Below are positions 24,622 to 37,398 of a DNA stretch of 44,081 nt, in pieces. The stretch is from Macrostomum lignano (Eukaryota). The position numbers and the translations under genes were made by a program. Each line of letters opens with the position of its first letter. The first letter of the stretch is position 1. Under the pieces are notes generated by a model. The model was given only the letters and a program-made list of their open reading frames with translations. It did not search any database and had not been told where the DNA came from. The stretch spans positions 1 through 44,081 of the forward strand of contig NIVC01004497.1 in the NCBI GenBank assembly GCA_002269645.1, in the 5' to 3' direction.

Positions 24622-27600
24622 ATGAGCGGCTGGTGGGACTGGATATCCGGCTCCGTTTCTGGAATTCTCGGCTATTTGGGCCTATGGAAAAAGAGCGGAA
24701 AGCTTGTCTTTTTAGGACTAGACAATGCTGGAAAAACTACACTTTTGCATATGCTCAAGGACGATCGTATGGGTACACACAATCCAACGCTTTATCCCAC
24801 CACAGAAGAGCTATCAATTGGTGGAATGAAGTTTACAACCTTTGATCTTGGTGGTCATGAACAAGCAAGGAAAGTATGGAAGACATATTTTCCTGCAGTT
24901 GATGGTATTGTCTTTATTGTTGATGCATGGGACAGACAAAGGTAAGTCTGCTTTAAAGATAAAAATACTGTTGTCAAAGATAAAAAATTATCCTGTTTTC
25001 CTTAGGATGTTAAACTCATATTTTTCATAGGATTGTTTTTTTTAAAACTGACAAGTCACATTCCAAAAATATGACTTGTTTAGGGCCTATATAGTCAATC
25101 CAGTGCAATAGCCAAAAGATGCTTTTATATTTTGAAAATTAAAAAATTATAAGTTCTAACTTCTAGCTGGCAAAACAATAATGATAAAATTTGAAGCTAA
25201 TATAATAAGCTATTTTTCCCCACAATATGTTTTACTTTTAACATTTAGTTTAGACTAGCAATCTTCGCCCCCCGATGGGGGGCATCTAGATAGAATCTCT
25301 GGCACTCTACAAGTATCAAAAAGACGGCCAAATAAAGCCTTCACATAGACAATAGAAAAACTGCTCAAATGAAGTGCAATGCAAAAAAATATCCCAGGAC
25401 AGCAAGCAACCCCCCAGATAGCAAGCACCCCTAGATAGCAAGCATCCACCTAATAGCAAGCACCCTTAGATAGCAAGCATCCCCAGATAGCAAGCATCTC
25501 CAGATAGCAAGCACCCCCAGATAGCAGGCACCCCAGATAGCAAGCATCCACCTAATAGCAAGCACCCTTAGATAGCAAGCACCCCCAGATAGCAAGCACC
25601 CCCAGATAGCAAGCACCCCAAGTAGCAAGCATCTCTAGATAGCAAGCACCCCCAGATAGCAGGCACCCCAGATAGCAAGCATCCACCTAATAGCAAGCAC
25701 CCCAAGATAGCAAGCATCCACCTAATAGCAAGCACCCTTAGATAGCAAGCACCCCCAGATAGCAAGCACCCCCAGATAGCAAGCATCTCCAGATAGCAAG
25801 CACCCCCAGATAGCAAGCATCCACCTAATAGCAAGCACCCCCAGATAGCAAGCATCCACCTAATAGCAAGCATCCACCTAATAGCAAGCACCCCCAGATA
25901 GCAAGCACCCCCAGATAGCAGGCACCCCAGATAGCAAGCATCCACCTAATAGCAAGCACCCCCAGATAGCAAGCATCTCCAGATAGCAAGCACCCCCAGA
26001 TAGCAGGCACCCCAGATAGCAAGCATCCACCTAATAGCAAGCACCCCCAGATAGCAAGCACCCCCAGATAGCAAGAACCCCCAGATAGCAGGCACCCCAG
26101 ATAGCAAGCATCCACCTAATAGCAAGCACCCCCAGATAGCAAGCACCCCCAGATAGCAAGCACCCCCAGATAGCAAGCACCCCCAGATAGCACGCATCTC
26201 CAGATAGCAAGCACTCCAAGATAGCAGGCACCCCAGATAGCAAGCATCCACCTAATAGCAAGCACCCCCAGATAGCTAGAACCCCCAAGATAGCAAGCAT
26301 CCCCCAGATAGCAAGCACCCCCAGATAGCACGCATCTCCAGATAGCAAGCACTCCAAGATAGTAGGCACCCCATTTATGTTTGACATGGTAGCTGTTTTG
26401 TGTCTGACATGGTGGCTCTTTAATGTTTGAGCTGGTGGCTCTTTTATGTTTGACATGGTGGCACTTTAATGTCTGAAATGGAGTCATGTATACGCTTGAC
26501 ATGGTGACTCGTAGATGTTTGACAAAGTGGCTCTTTTATGTTCGACATGTGGCTCTTTAATGTTTGACATGGTGGCTCTTTAATGTTTGACATGGTGGCT
26601 CTTTAATGTTTGACATGGTGGGTCTTTAATTTATGACATGGTGGCTCTTTTATGTTTGACATGATGGCTCTTTAATGTTCGACATGGTGGCTGTTTAATG
26701 TTTGTTATGTAGTCATATGTATATGTTTTACATGGTGGCTCTTTTATGTGTGACATGGAGTCACGTATATATTTGACATGGAGTCACATATGTTTGACAT
26801 GGTGGCTCTTTAGTGTTCGATATGGTGGCTCTTTAATGTTTGACATGGTGGCTCTTTTATGTTTGACATAGTGGCTCTTTAATGTCTGACATGGTGGCTC
26901 TTTAATGTTTGACATGGTGGCTCTTTTATGTTTGACATGATGGCTCTTTAATGTTCGACATGGTGGGCTGTTTAATGTTTGTTATGTAGTCATATGTATA
27001 TGTTTTACATGGTGGCCCTTTTATGTGTGACATGGAGGCACGTATATATTCGACATGGAGTCACATATGTTTGACATGGTGGCTCTTTAATGTCTGACAT
27101 GGTGGCTCTTTAATGTTTGACATGGTGGCTCTTTTATGTTCGACATGTTGGCTCTTTAGTGTTTGACATGGCTCTTTAATGTTTGACATGGTGGCTCTTT
27201 TATGCTTGACATGGTGGCTCTTTAATGTTCGACATGGTGGCTCTTTAATGTTTGACATGGTGGCTCTTTTATGCTTGACATGGTGGCTCTTTTATGTTCG
27301 ACATGGTGGCTCTTTTTTGTTCTACATGGTAACTCTTTTATGTTTGATACGGTGGCTTTTTAATATCTGACATTGTGGCTCTTCTATGTTTGACATTGTG
27401 GCTCTTTTATGTTTGACATGGTGGCTCTTTAATGTTTGACATGGTGGCTCTTTAATGTACGACATAAAGGTTCGTTTATGTTCGACATGGTGGCTCTTTT
27501 AGGTTTGACATGGTAGCTCTTTTATGTTCGACATGGTGGCTCTTTTAGGTTTGACATGGTGGCTCTTTTAGGTTTGACATGGTAGCTCTTTTATGTTCGA

Positions 27601-30600
27601 CATGGTGGCTCTTAAATGTTTCACATGATGGCTCTTAAATGTCTTACATGGTGGCTCTTTTATGTTTGAAAATGTGGCTCTTTAATGTTTTACATGGCGG
27701 CTCTTTTATGTTCGACATGGTGGCTCTTTAATGTTTGACATGCTAGCTCTTTAATGTTCGACATAGTGGCTCTTTTATGTTTGGCATGGTGGCTCTTTAA
27801 TGTTCTTCATGGTGGCTCTTTTACGTTTGACATGGTGGCACTTTAATGTTCGACGTGGTGGCTCTTTAATGTTCGAAATGGTGACTCTTTAATGTTTCAC
27901 ATGGTGGCTCTTTAATGTTTGACATAGAGTCACGTATTTGTTTTACATGGTGCCCATGTAATGTTTGACATGGTGCCTCTTTTATGTTTGACATTGTGCT
28001 TTTTTATGTTTAGCAGTTTCGTGTTTTCAAGGTGTTTTATAAAAAAATTTTTTTGCACTACTAAGATTCGAACCCAGGTCGCTACGTTGGCAGTCCAGTC
28101 TGTTCGGATCTAGGCTATCTCTTTTCAATTGGAGTACATGAATTGTGGCCCTTATAATTAAATTCTTACAGCAAGTCAATTGGGGTAAAAAGTTATGACA
28201 TAATCAATTTCTCAGTCAGCCAGTATCAGTCTCAGTTCAAGTTAGCAATATTGGTTACGCAATTTTAATCAAGTCGTGTGTGCATTTCTTCGGCACTGTT
28301 TTCAACTTGTTGTGATGCAATCTTTATGACAATCAGAATTCAGCCAGTCAGTTTTTTTCTCTAGCATTCTTACAATGAATTTTAGGTCAAAAGAGCTGCT
28401 TGACCTTTGCAAAAAAGCATGTTTTTCGAATATTTAATCCCTTTATCATTGAGCAATTTTTTAGCCAAGATGCATGTACCGTCCCAGGAAAATTTCTGAT
28501 CGAATGGTGCAAGTTTGAAGAAAATCGGTTGAGCCATTTTTTCTGAAATCTATCGCATACCTACCCACATACAGACAACTCATTTTTAGTATATAGGATA
28601 TACTTGATTTAAAAAAATAGGCCCAAATAATGTTTTAAATTTTACATATTTAAACAGGTTATCTTTGTTGTCTTTCAATTCTCATTTCAATTCTCTTAAA
28701 GTGAAGCATTTTATAAGAAATTTCTTAGCACTTTTTATGATTTCTCACTATAAAGTAAATAACACTTTATAGATATAAAAACTAATTTAATGGCCAAGTT
28801 TTATCATTAAGCTTGCAGTTTCACAAACAAACCAATGGCTTTTTTTCCTCAAACTTAGCTCATATCAATTGCATACCCATATACAAATAACTCATTTTTA
28901 GTATGGAAGTGCTTATCTCTATAATTCCAATTTTATCCACATGGATCCATGTCAATAATTTCTAGCTTATCCCCATGGCAGCTTATTGAAATAGCTGCCA
29001 CCATTAAAGTCTATAGGCCATGTCAATAATTCCAATTTTATCCACATGGATCCATGTCAATAATTTACAGCTTAACTCCATGGCAGCTTATTAGAATAAA
29101 GAGCCTAAAAATGAATCTGTTCAAAAACTGTCTTTTTGTTTTCACTGTTTTACAAATCTTCCAAATAAACTACATGTACTGAATACTGTATAATATTGAG
29201 TACTTTGTTAATACTTTTGTCATTGTAAAAGGGTTAATTTTAAATTTGCTTAGCTGCCGGCTTTGCTTAAAACAACCAAATGACCCAAAGATCAAGGCAA
29301 ATAAGACTAGCAAAATTCAAAATATAATAATAATGATAATATTACTAATAATAATGATAATATTACTAATAATAATGATAATATTACTAATAATAATGAT
29401 AATATTACTAATAATAATGATAATATTACTAATAATAATGATAATATTTCTAATAATAATGATAATATTACTAATAATAATGATAATATTACTAATAATA
29501 ATGATAATATTACTAATAATAATGATAATATTACTAATAATAATGATAATATCAATTTGATGTCAGTACACAAAACTAAACACAAACAACTATACAATCT
29601 TAGCCGTGGGGATAAGCTAAAAATTATTGATATGGATCCGTGTGGATAAAATTGGAATTATCGGCAGGGGACCATGGGGATAAGCACTTCCTTTTAGTAT
29701 ATAAGATGGTTACAGGTCAAAAGGGCAACTGTCAAAAAGGGCGACAGTCAAAAGGGCAACAGTTACAGTGTATTTATATTTATATAATAAATATCCTATG
29801 TTTGTTTAAGAATATTTTGTAAAATAAATCAATTATTTAATTTTTTTATGAATTTATATATATCTTGGACTTCTTTAACTTTAGATAGATAAAATAGTTG
29901 CAGTTTTGTTAGGATCATAATTTTGTCTCTGTAGGGGTTTTTGATGGTGCTGATTTCAAATTTAAGCTTCATTTTTTGTAGCTTAAAGCCAACTACTGGG
30001 GCATAGGAAATGGGGGGTTTAGGGTGGGGAGAATCTTCACAGGGATTGATTTTACACATCTAAACTTCAATAGAGGCATGGAGGTCTATTGAAGATTAGG
30101 TAGATAAATTCAAAGGCTGAGGGAAGAGGCAAGTCTGGGGGGCAGGGTGGGCTATTAACCACAAACAATACAGCATGGGGAATGGGAGGTTTTAGGGTGG
30201 GAAGAATCTTCATGAGGATAGATTTCATGTGCCTAAACTTCTATGGAGATATGGAGATCTATTGAAGATTAGGTAGATAAATTTTGAACCTAAGGGGGAT
30301 GGCTGACAACCACCAAGGCATGAGAAATAAGGGGTTTTAGGGTGGGGAGAATCTTTATAGAGATTGATTTTATGTACCTAAACTTCAATAGAGGCATGGG
30401 GGTCTATTGTAGATTAGGTAGATAAATTTGGAGACTAAGGGGGTCCAGGAAGGAATTATAATGAAGCTTAAATAAAACATTCACAAGTTATCAAACATCT
30501 CCATGGAGAAAAATTATAATCCTATCAAACTAATTGATATCAGCAGCTGTAGTTACCTTCAGAATAGAGAAGACAATGTAGATTAGTAGAAATGAGTATT

Positions 30601-31681
30601 TTTCAGAAAAATGGGAAAATTGGAAGTATTTCAAAAATATATAGGGATACTCTTGCATAACAGAAGGTAAATATTAAAATTGCCATAGTATACAGCTCCA
30701 TATATGATAGAAATTTCTTTATTCAATAAAAGCAATATATGAAAATGTCATACAAAAGTATTAATACATAGGATTAGGGTAAGATGTGATCAAAATTGTC
30801 TATAAATATAAAGCAAGAATATGAAAGTCATATAAAGCAAAAAATAAATTCAAAATTTGTATTATAATTACATTACAGTATCAATGCTATATTTATTTAG
30901 TATGTACAAACATTTTAATAAATTAGAAGACTTTCTTAAAGCAAAAATAAAAAAATATATTTTTTATGTTTTTGGAGATTTAAAACTATATATGTGTCAT
31001 AGTGTTCTTTGTATAGATATACCTTTAATATGCTTAGTTTTGTCAAAAATAGAGCTAACAATCTTAGTTATCTGTTTTTAGTAGTCACATTTTTGTTTTG
31101 CTATTATGGGGGTCCTAGTACCATAGGCCTAGCTTTAGGTAAAAGTTGGACAAGATCACTATTTTTAACATTTTGGGTGCAATTGTGATCCCGGGACTTT
31201 GGAAATGCAATTTTCCTAAGTAAACTGTAACCAAATGTCAGGGGTCAGACAACTACAGCCCACATGTGGCCTGCAGAGCCTGACTCTATCTGGTATGCTC
31301 AAACTTTGTGTCTGCTCAGCTTCCTTCTCAGATATTATTATCAGTACCTTCTTATTAATCTGTGGTACCATTTTAACAGTAATCTTGTTTTACTTCTGCA
31401 TCAGGCTCGAAGAGGCCCACGTAGAGTTGGACAACCTACTGGCTGACGAGCAGGTTGCCAGCGCCCCAATTCTCGTGCTTGGCAATAAAATTGATAAGCC
31501 GGGTGCCGCCTCAGAGGAGGAGCTGCGCTACTATCTGGGCCTGCACGGCCGGACCACTGGCAAGAGCGACGCTCGCAGCCGTAACGAGCTGGCCCAGAGA
31601 CCATTGGAGCTGTTCATGTGCTCCATTCTGAAACGCCAAGGCTACGGCGAGGCCTTCCGCTGGCTATCTAATTATATTTGA
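24622..31681 (+). CDS. SAR1: Small GTPase SAR1 (COPII); exons 24622-24941, 31405-31681 (198 aa)
   Basis: [50 protein letters not shown]; phase-2 intron AG|GTAAGT...CATCAG|G. Confidence 0.97.
25400..26372 (-). repeat. 17-bp array (GATAGCAAGCACCCCCA on +) in Helitron B
   Basis: Visible; reverse complement of the 3768-3920 unit. Confidence 0.95.
26373..28010 (-). repeat. 23-bp array (TTTAATGTTTGACATGGTGGCTC on +) in Helitron B
   Basis: Visible; reverse complement of the 2911-3710 unit. Confidence 0.95.
28054..28138 (-). pseudogene. tRNA-derived (Gly-GCC-like) segment / Pol III promoter-like module in Helitron B
   Basis: Minus strand: TAGCCTAG (A box), CT-GCC-AA loop, CTGGG-TTCGAAT-CTTAG T-arm (B box), then A7 and T7; D and anticodon stems degenerate. 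Confidence 0.55.
28905..29706. mobile_element. Fold-back made of Helitron 5' subterminal sequence, ending in a further Helitron-type 5' end at 29706 (-)
   Basis: GGAAGTGCTTATC...ATAATTCCAATTTTATCCACATGGATCC (28905-29090, partly twice) is inverted relative to 29598-29690; minus strand A|TCTTATATACTAAAAGGGAAG at 29706. Confidence 0.6.
29322..29553 (+). repeat. 21-bp AT-rich minisatellite (ATAATAATGATAATATTACTA)
   Basis: Visible. Confidence 0.95.
29995..30440 (+). repeat. Three diverged tandem copies of a ~150-175-bp unit (…GGGTTTAGGGTGGGGAGAATCTT…GGTCTATTGAAGATTAGGTAGATAAATT)
   Basis: Copies visible near 29998, 30172 and 30318; no CpG. Confidence 0.85.
31239..31290 (+). mobile_element. CpG-decayed hAT (Charlie/Buster-like) terminus
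   Basis: CAGGGGTCAGACAACTACAGCCCACATGTGGCCTG matches CAGGGGTCGGCAAACTACGGCCC.. type ends with CpG transitions. Confidence 0.5.
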
Positions 31682-33852
31682 GCACAAGTTGAGCACAGTT
31701 GAGAGACGGTGCGTGCTAGAGACTTAGATTGTGACGCGAGGGGGGGGCATTTTTAAAGGGAGTCATCTGTAGGCTTGTTCAAGACAAGGGTTATCGCTTT
31801 ATATATAATCTAATCTAACTACTAAAACCCACGCATCTGTTCACTGACCTTCTTTGTCCTTAAAAAACTATATTGTTTTTTGTGTGTTAATGCAGTCTCG
31901 TTTACTGTCGTTTCAATTTCATTGTATTAACTTATTAATATTATAATTTACCTGTACCAGCGTCATATGTTTACTCTTTAAATGTGACTTTGAGTTGAGA
32001 ATTTATAGATTTAGTATATACATTAATAATAATGATAATAACTAATGCTTCCCTACTCTCTCTCTGTTAATCTCTGCTTCTGGTTTCCTATTGAGGTCCT
32101 CTGCCGCCTAGTTTTGCTTTTCTTCTACTTTTTTCTCTCGGAAAGAAAATTGAAACAGTAAGTTACAGATAAGATAAACCCAACCTTTTGAAGTGAATTC
32201 TAAAGCTTAATAACAATCTATCCATAATGCAAAACCAGTGCCTTTCCTTCGGAGGCACCGGCCTGATCTGACCTCTAATTTTTCTTCAAAATTCGAACAT
32301 CTAAAGCTATGTGGAGTAATTATTATTATCATTATTATACAGCCACTAACCTCGCTTTGTAAAGTCAGCCTGTGAATTAAGTTTGAGCAAATATCTAACA
32401 TAATATTCATACCAGATTTACAGTCTACTGTATGTTTTTAAGTGTAATCATTGTATCTATTGTTACTAATATGAAACTCTCCTAACTCTTATCAAAGGTA
32501 TTTGGTAAATAAATCCCACAAAAAACTATTTATTATCTTGTCAGTCAGAATGTCAAGTTGCAACCAGAGATTGCCTCTCAACACAATATTTCATTTCGCC
32601 TATTCAATGTAAGCAAACAAATTTAATTATTTACTGTCAATAAAAGCCGCTGGTTTTATCCTACTATGAGTAGCACCCGTTCCCGGATCTGATCGCCGCA
32701 TTATTATTCGGTGTCGGGTGCTGGTCGAAGTAAACTAAGAATTGACAAAAATGAAAATAAATCAACTCTCTTGATAAAAACGCGCTTGCAGTAGTTTAAT
32801 GTAGACTGATTGATTGATTGGCGTTACACAGCGCGGTCAATCGCGTGTGCGCAATTTCGCTCTATTATCAAATTCATACTTGTTCGAAAATTGTTTTTTT
32901 AACTTTTCTTTTGCCGGTTTCGGAATTTTAATTGCCAGTGTAATCTGGGGGCAGTTTTAGCACCTTTAGACTTTGAACTCACTGCGGCTACTCTGAACGG
33001 AGTTGTATTTAATTAAACAAATTGAGTTAAAAAATCAAAGTACATTAGGTAAGTTATCTCGGAGTTTAATGTACAGACAATGAAGTACATTTGCACTAAC
33101 TGAATAGCTTACTAATGTGACTGTATAAGCTATGTAAATAATCATAAGGCTATCATTCAGACTCAATAGATATCTCTGCTGTTGATTATGCTACTATGAT
33201 AAGTAGTCAGTCCACGCAGCGCTTTGGACAATTTTTATAAAGAATTTTTTGTTAACATCAGTTTATTTTTCACTGACACATCCTTTTAGTAGTAGTATAA
33301 GTAGAAAATATTTAGGCAAAAATGAAGCAACTTAATTAATAGTGTCAATTTGAACTCCTACTACTGCGAGTAGTTAATTAAAGAATATGGCAGTATTGTT
33401 ACAAAATAAAATAATATATAATTAAGGATTAGTAGCATAAATATAAATCATGCTTATTAGCATTGCAATGAATGAATAAAATGAATTGCCTGCGCTAAAA
33501 TAAAAGCGACACCTGTAAATTACAAAGGAGTAAAAATGCAGTACCTGCCAAAGCACCAGATTAAGAATTTAGCAAAAATAAGAGTGTCCATTGTTTCCTA
33601 TCAAAAATTAAAAACAAAAAATGGCCAATTAGCACTTCAACTGATGGACAACTGCTGCTAATAATTATTATTTTAGTTAAATGCGCCTGTGTCAGTAGTA
33701 TAATAGAGAAATGATACTAAAGAAAAAATAGCTAAATTATAGTGGATTTGCGCTACTATTAAGTAGGCAGTGCAAAATATTATTTACAAACAATTTAAAT
33801 AATTTGACATACAGGGCCGGTTAGATTGATAGTTAATTGAATCAAATTCAGC

Positions 33853-35613
33853 TCAGTACTGCTGATTGGCCAGAGAGCTTAAGCCGCTGTCGCACTGGGA
33901 TCTGGGCCCTTTGAAGTTGCCGCCACTACTGATTGGCCCGCCGGCAGCGGCAGAGACTGCGGACGGGGGCAGCACACTGCTGCTTCGGAATCCAACTCCA
34001 GACTGAAATGCTGAATAGGAGCTGCTGATGCTGACATCGTGAGGCTGGAATAGCGGATTATAATGATGATGCTGCTGATGCTGGATGGCCTTCTCGGGTA
34101 GGTCTTTGAGCACGGAGCCGCCGTCCTGTTGTTGAGCCACCTGCTGGTAGCGCTTCAATGATCGACGGAGCAACTTCTGAGCGGTGGCCTGGGCAGCCGA
34201 GGATTTTCCCGATTTCAGCTGCGGGATGGACGGTGAATGGGAGTTTGTCTGCGCGTCTCACGCCTGAATCTCAGCATGTCTCACGCCTGAATCTCAGCAG
34301 GTCTCGCACCTGAATCTTAACATGTATCACACCTGAACCTGAATCTCAACATGTCTCACACCTGAATCTCAACATGTCTCACACCTGAATCTCAGCATGT
34401 CTCACATCTGAATCACAGCATGTCTCACACCTGAATTTCAGCATGTCTCACACCTGAATCTCAGGTCTCACACCTGAATCTCACTGTATTTTACACCTGT
34501 ATCTCACACCTGAATCTCACTGTATTTTACACCTGTATCTCACACCTGAATCTCAGCATGTCTCACACCTGAATCACAGCATGTCTCACACCTTAATCAC
34601 AGCATGTCTCACACCTGAATCTCAGCAGGTCTCACACCTGAATCTCAGCAGGTCTCACACCTGAATCTCAAGTCTCACACCTGAATCTCACTGTATTTTA
34701 CACTTGTATCTCACTGTATTTTACACCTGTATCTCACACCTGAATCTCAGCAGGTCTCACACCTGAATCTTAACATGTCTCACACCTGAACCTGAATCTC
34801 AGCAGGTCTCACACCTGAATCTTAACATGTCTCACACCTGAACCTGAATCTCAACATGTCTCACACCTGAATCTCAGCATGTCTCACATCTGAATCACAG
34901 CTTGTCTCACACCTGAATCTCAGCATGTCTCACACCTGAATCTCAGCATGTCTCACACCTGAATCTCAGCATGTCTCACCTTGTCAACGCGACCTCCAGT
35001 GCAGCCAATTTTGCTCTGAAAATTAAAAAAGGTGTTTAAATATGAGGATAAAGGATTATTGTAGTTAGAGATTGAAACACACGAAAAAAATTAGAAACCA
35101 TCACCAACATAAGATAATGATGAACAAAAAGTCACTAAATTACCAAATAACCAACTCACCGAACCAGTAATGATCTACAGTAATAAAAACTAATTAAATT
35201 ACATTAAAAATATACCTGATTATCTGAACCTGACGGTACAGCCTGATTGGAATGGATTAAGTTAAAGTTTTTATATGTTAAAGATTATTAACATGTATTA
35301 GTAGTTATCAATTTAAATACTTGAAATATACAAATAATATTAGCGTGACAAACGAAAAAATTATGAATAAGCGTGCGGGAAAGCGGACACAAAGGACAGC
35401 AGCCGAAGCAGTGCTCAAATGCGTGCACAACCACAGACAAGAGCGGTGCTATTTACTATTGTTAGTAGCAAGCTTCGATTTACTCTACAGAAAGCACTAC
35501 TATAAAAGCTACTACGACCACAACGACAAAGAATGCTAGTGTCAATATACAACTATTTTACTAATACTACTACTACCACCACGACCACCACCACTACTAG
35601 TACTAGAAGTACA

Positions 35614-35645
<32 letters not shown>

Positions 35646-35720
35646 AACTACTACTACTACCTACTACTACTTATACTACTACCTCTACCAATATCATTAC
35701 AACTACTACCACTACTACTA

Positions 35721-35786
<66 letters not shown>

Positions 35787-36696
35787 ACACTGCTACTACC
35801 ACTACACCAGGGGATTACCGGAGTCAGCTTTTTAAAAGCGGATCCGCCAGCGTGAGCTGCGGGAGTTCGCAACAGATGCGGCCGGCCGACAGACTTAGCG
35901 GCCGACGCGGCTGAATAATTGGCCGAGGTTTTGCCAATCGGGGTGCTCTTCATCGCAGAGGCTGGCGTTGCAGGGGTCTAGAGGGATTAATTGAATGGAA
36001 TTCGAGGCGTGGGATATTTTAGCTCTTTATACTCGTATTAAGTTCCATCGGAGGAACTACTGTTGGAGAACGTTTGTGGTAGCACATAAAAGTATGGGTA
36101 AACAGTGGGAGTAACTATGACTATCTGATAAACATAAAACGCCTCGCCAGCTTATCAAGACAAAATTTTAGGTAAACAGGAGTAACTATGACTATGTTGC
36201 CTCGTAATCTACTAACAGGAATTTTTACTTTGCTTACCTTGCACACCATCCTGCTGGAATTGTGAATGACCCGACGCTGCAGCGGGCTGGCCGGCTTCGA
36301 GCCAAATTGCAGCTCACGTCGCAGCGTTGTCTCGTGCTTCTCCATCCGACGCTTAGCTTCGTTCTCTTTCTCAGCTTGAGCGCGATGCTTCTCGGTTGAC
36401 AGGAAGTCCTCGACAGCTTGACCGCGGACAGTCAGTGGGCTGGACTGGCCAGCTGCGGAAGCGGCCAGATTGACCAGTTCGGCCTCCTTAGCAGTCAGCA
36501 CAGTCTGGGCTCGTTTTTTCTCGCGTTCAAGTCGAAGCAGCACGCCACCGCGGTTGTTCAGAACGGCTGGGTCTTTCAGGCGCTGCAGCAGAGTCTGGAG
36601 ACTGTTCCAGCCCGCCTGGATGGGGCGCACGGTTGCTATGCGATTAAAGTTGCTAGTTATACTACTCCTACTGACTAACTAACTAACTAACTCACT

Positions 36697-36747
<51 letters not shown>

Positions 36748-36784
36748 GACTAACTAACTAACTGACTGACTGACTAACTAACTG

Positions 36785-36826
<42 letters not shown>

Positions 36827-36903
36827 CATCTAACTGACTGATTAACTGACTGACTGACTAACTAACTAACTAATAACTAACTAACTAACTGACTGAATAA
36901 CTG

Positions 36904-36938
<35 letters not shown>

Positions 36939-36994
36939 GACTGACTGACTGACTGACTAACTGACTAACTAACTAACTAACTAACTAACTAACC

Positions 36995-37032
<38 letters not shown>

Positions 37033-37091
37033 ATAACTAACCAACTAACTAACCAACTAACTGTCTAACTATTTTACTAACTAACTAACTG

Positions 37092-37140
<49 letters not shown>

Positions 37141-37330
37141 ATAACTAACCAACTAACTAACCAACTAACTGTCTAACTATTTTACTAACTAACTAACTGA
37201 CTAACTAACCAACTAACTAACTAACTAACTAACTAACTAAATAACTAACCAATTAACTAACCAACTAACTGTCTAACTATTTTACTAACTAACTAACTAA
37301 CTAACTAACCAACTAACTAACTAACTAACC

Positions 37331-37362
<32 letters not shown>

Positions 37363-37367
37363 GCTAA

Positions 37368-37398
<31 letters not shown>

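Larger units (their letters stand above)
25255..28598 (-). mobile_element. Non-autonomous Helitron, copy B, in the SAR1 intron
   Basis: On the minus strand: A|TCCTATATACTAAAAATGAG at 28598 ... hairpin GCCCCCCATCGGGGGC-GAAGATTG-CTAG|T at 25255; same arrays and 3' end as copy A. Confidence 0.87.

Noticed and set aside
28054-28138. Functional tRNA-Gly gene
   Set aside because: D and anticodon stems do not pair and the length is atypical; kept only as tRNA-derived
29246-29597. Poly-Ile/Leu 'membrane protein' ORFs, and poly-Thr/Tyr/Ser ORFs at 35533-35953
   Set aside because: Low-complexity AAT and TAC repeats; only 35977-35819 is a real PRC1 exon
29995-30440. Interstitial telomere (TTTAGGG)
   Set aside because: One motif per ~160-bp unit, not a tandem telomeric array
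32660-32715. AGCACCCG...CGGGTGCT inverted repeat as an ncRNA hairpin
   Set aside because: Only an 8-bp stem with a long loop; no snRNA, snoRNA or SL RNA motifs recognised
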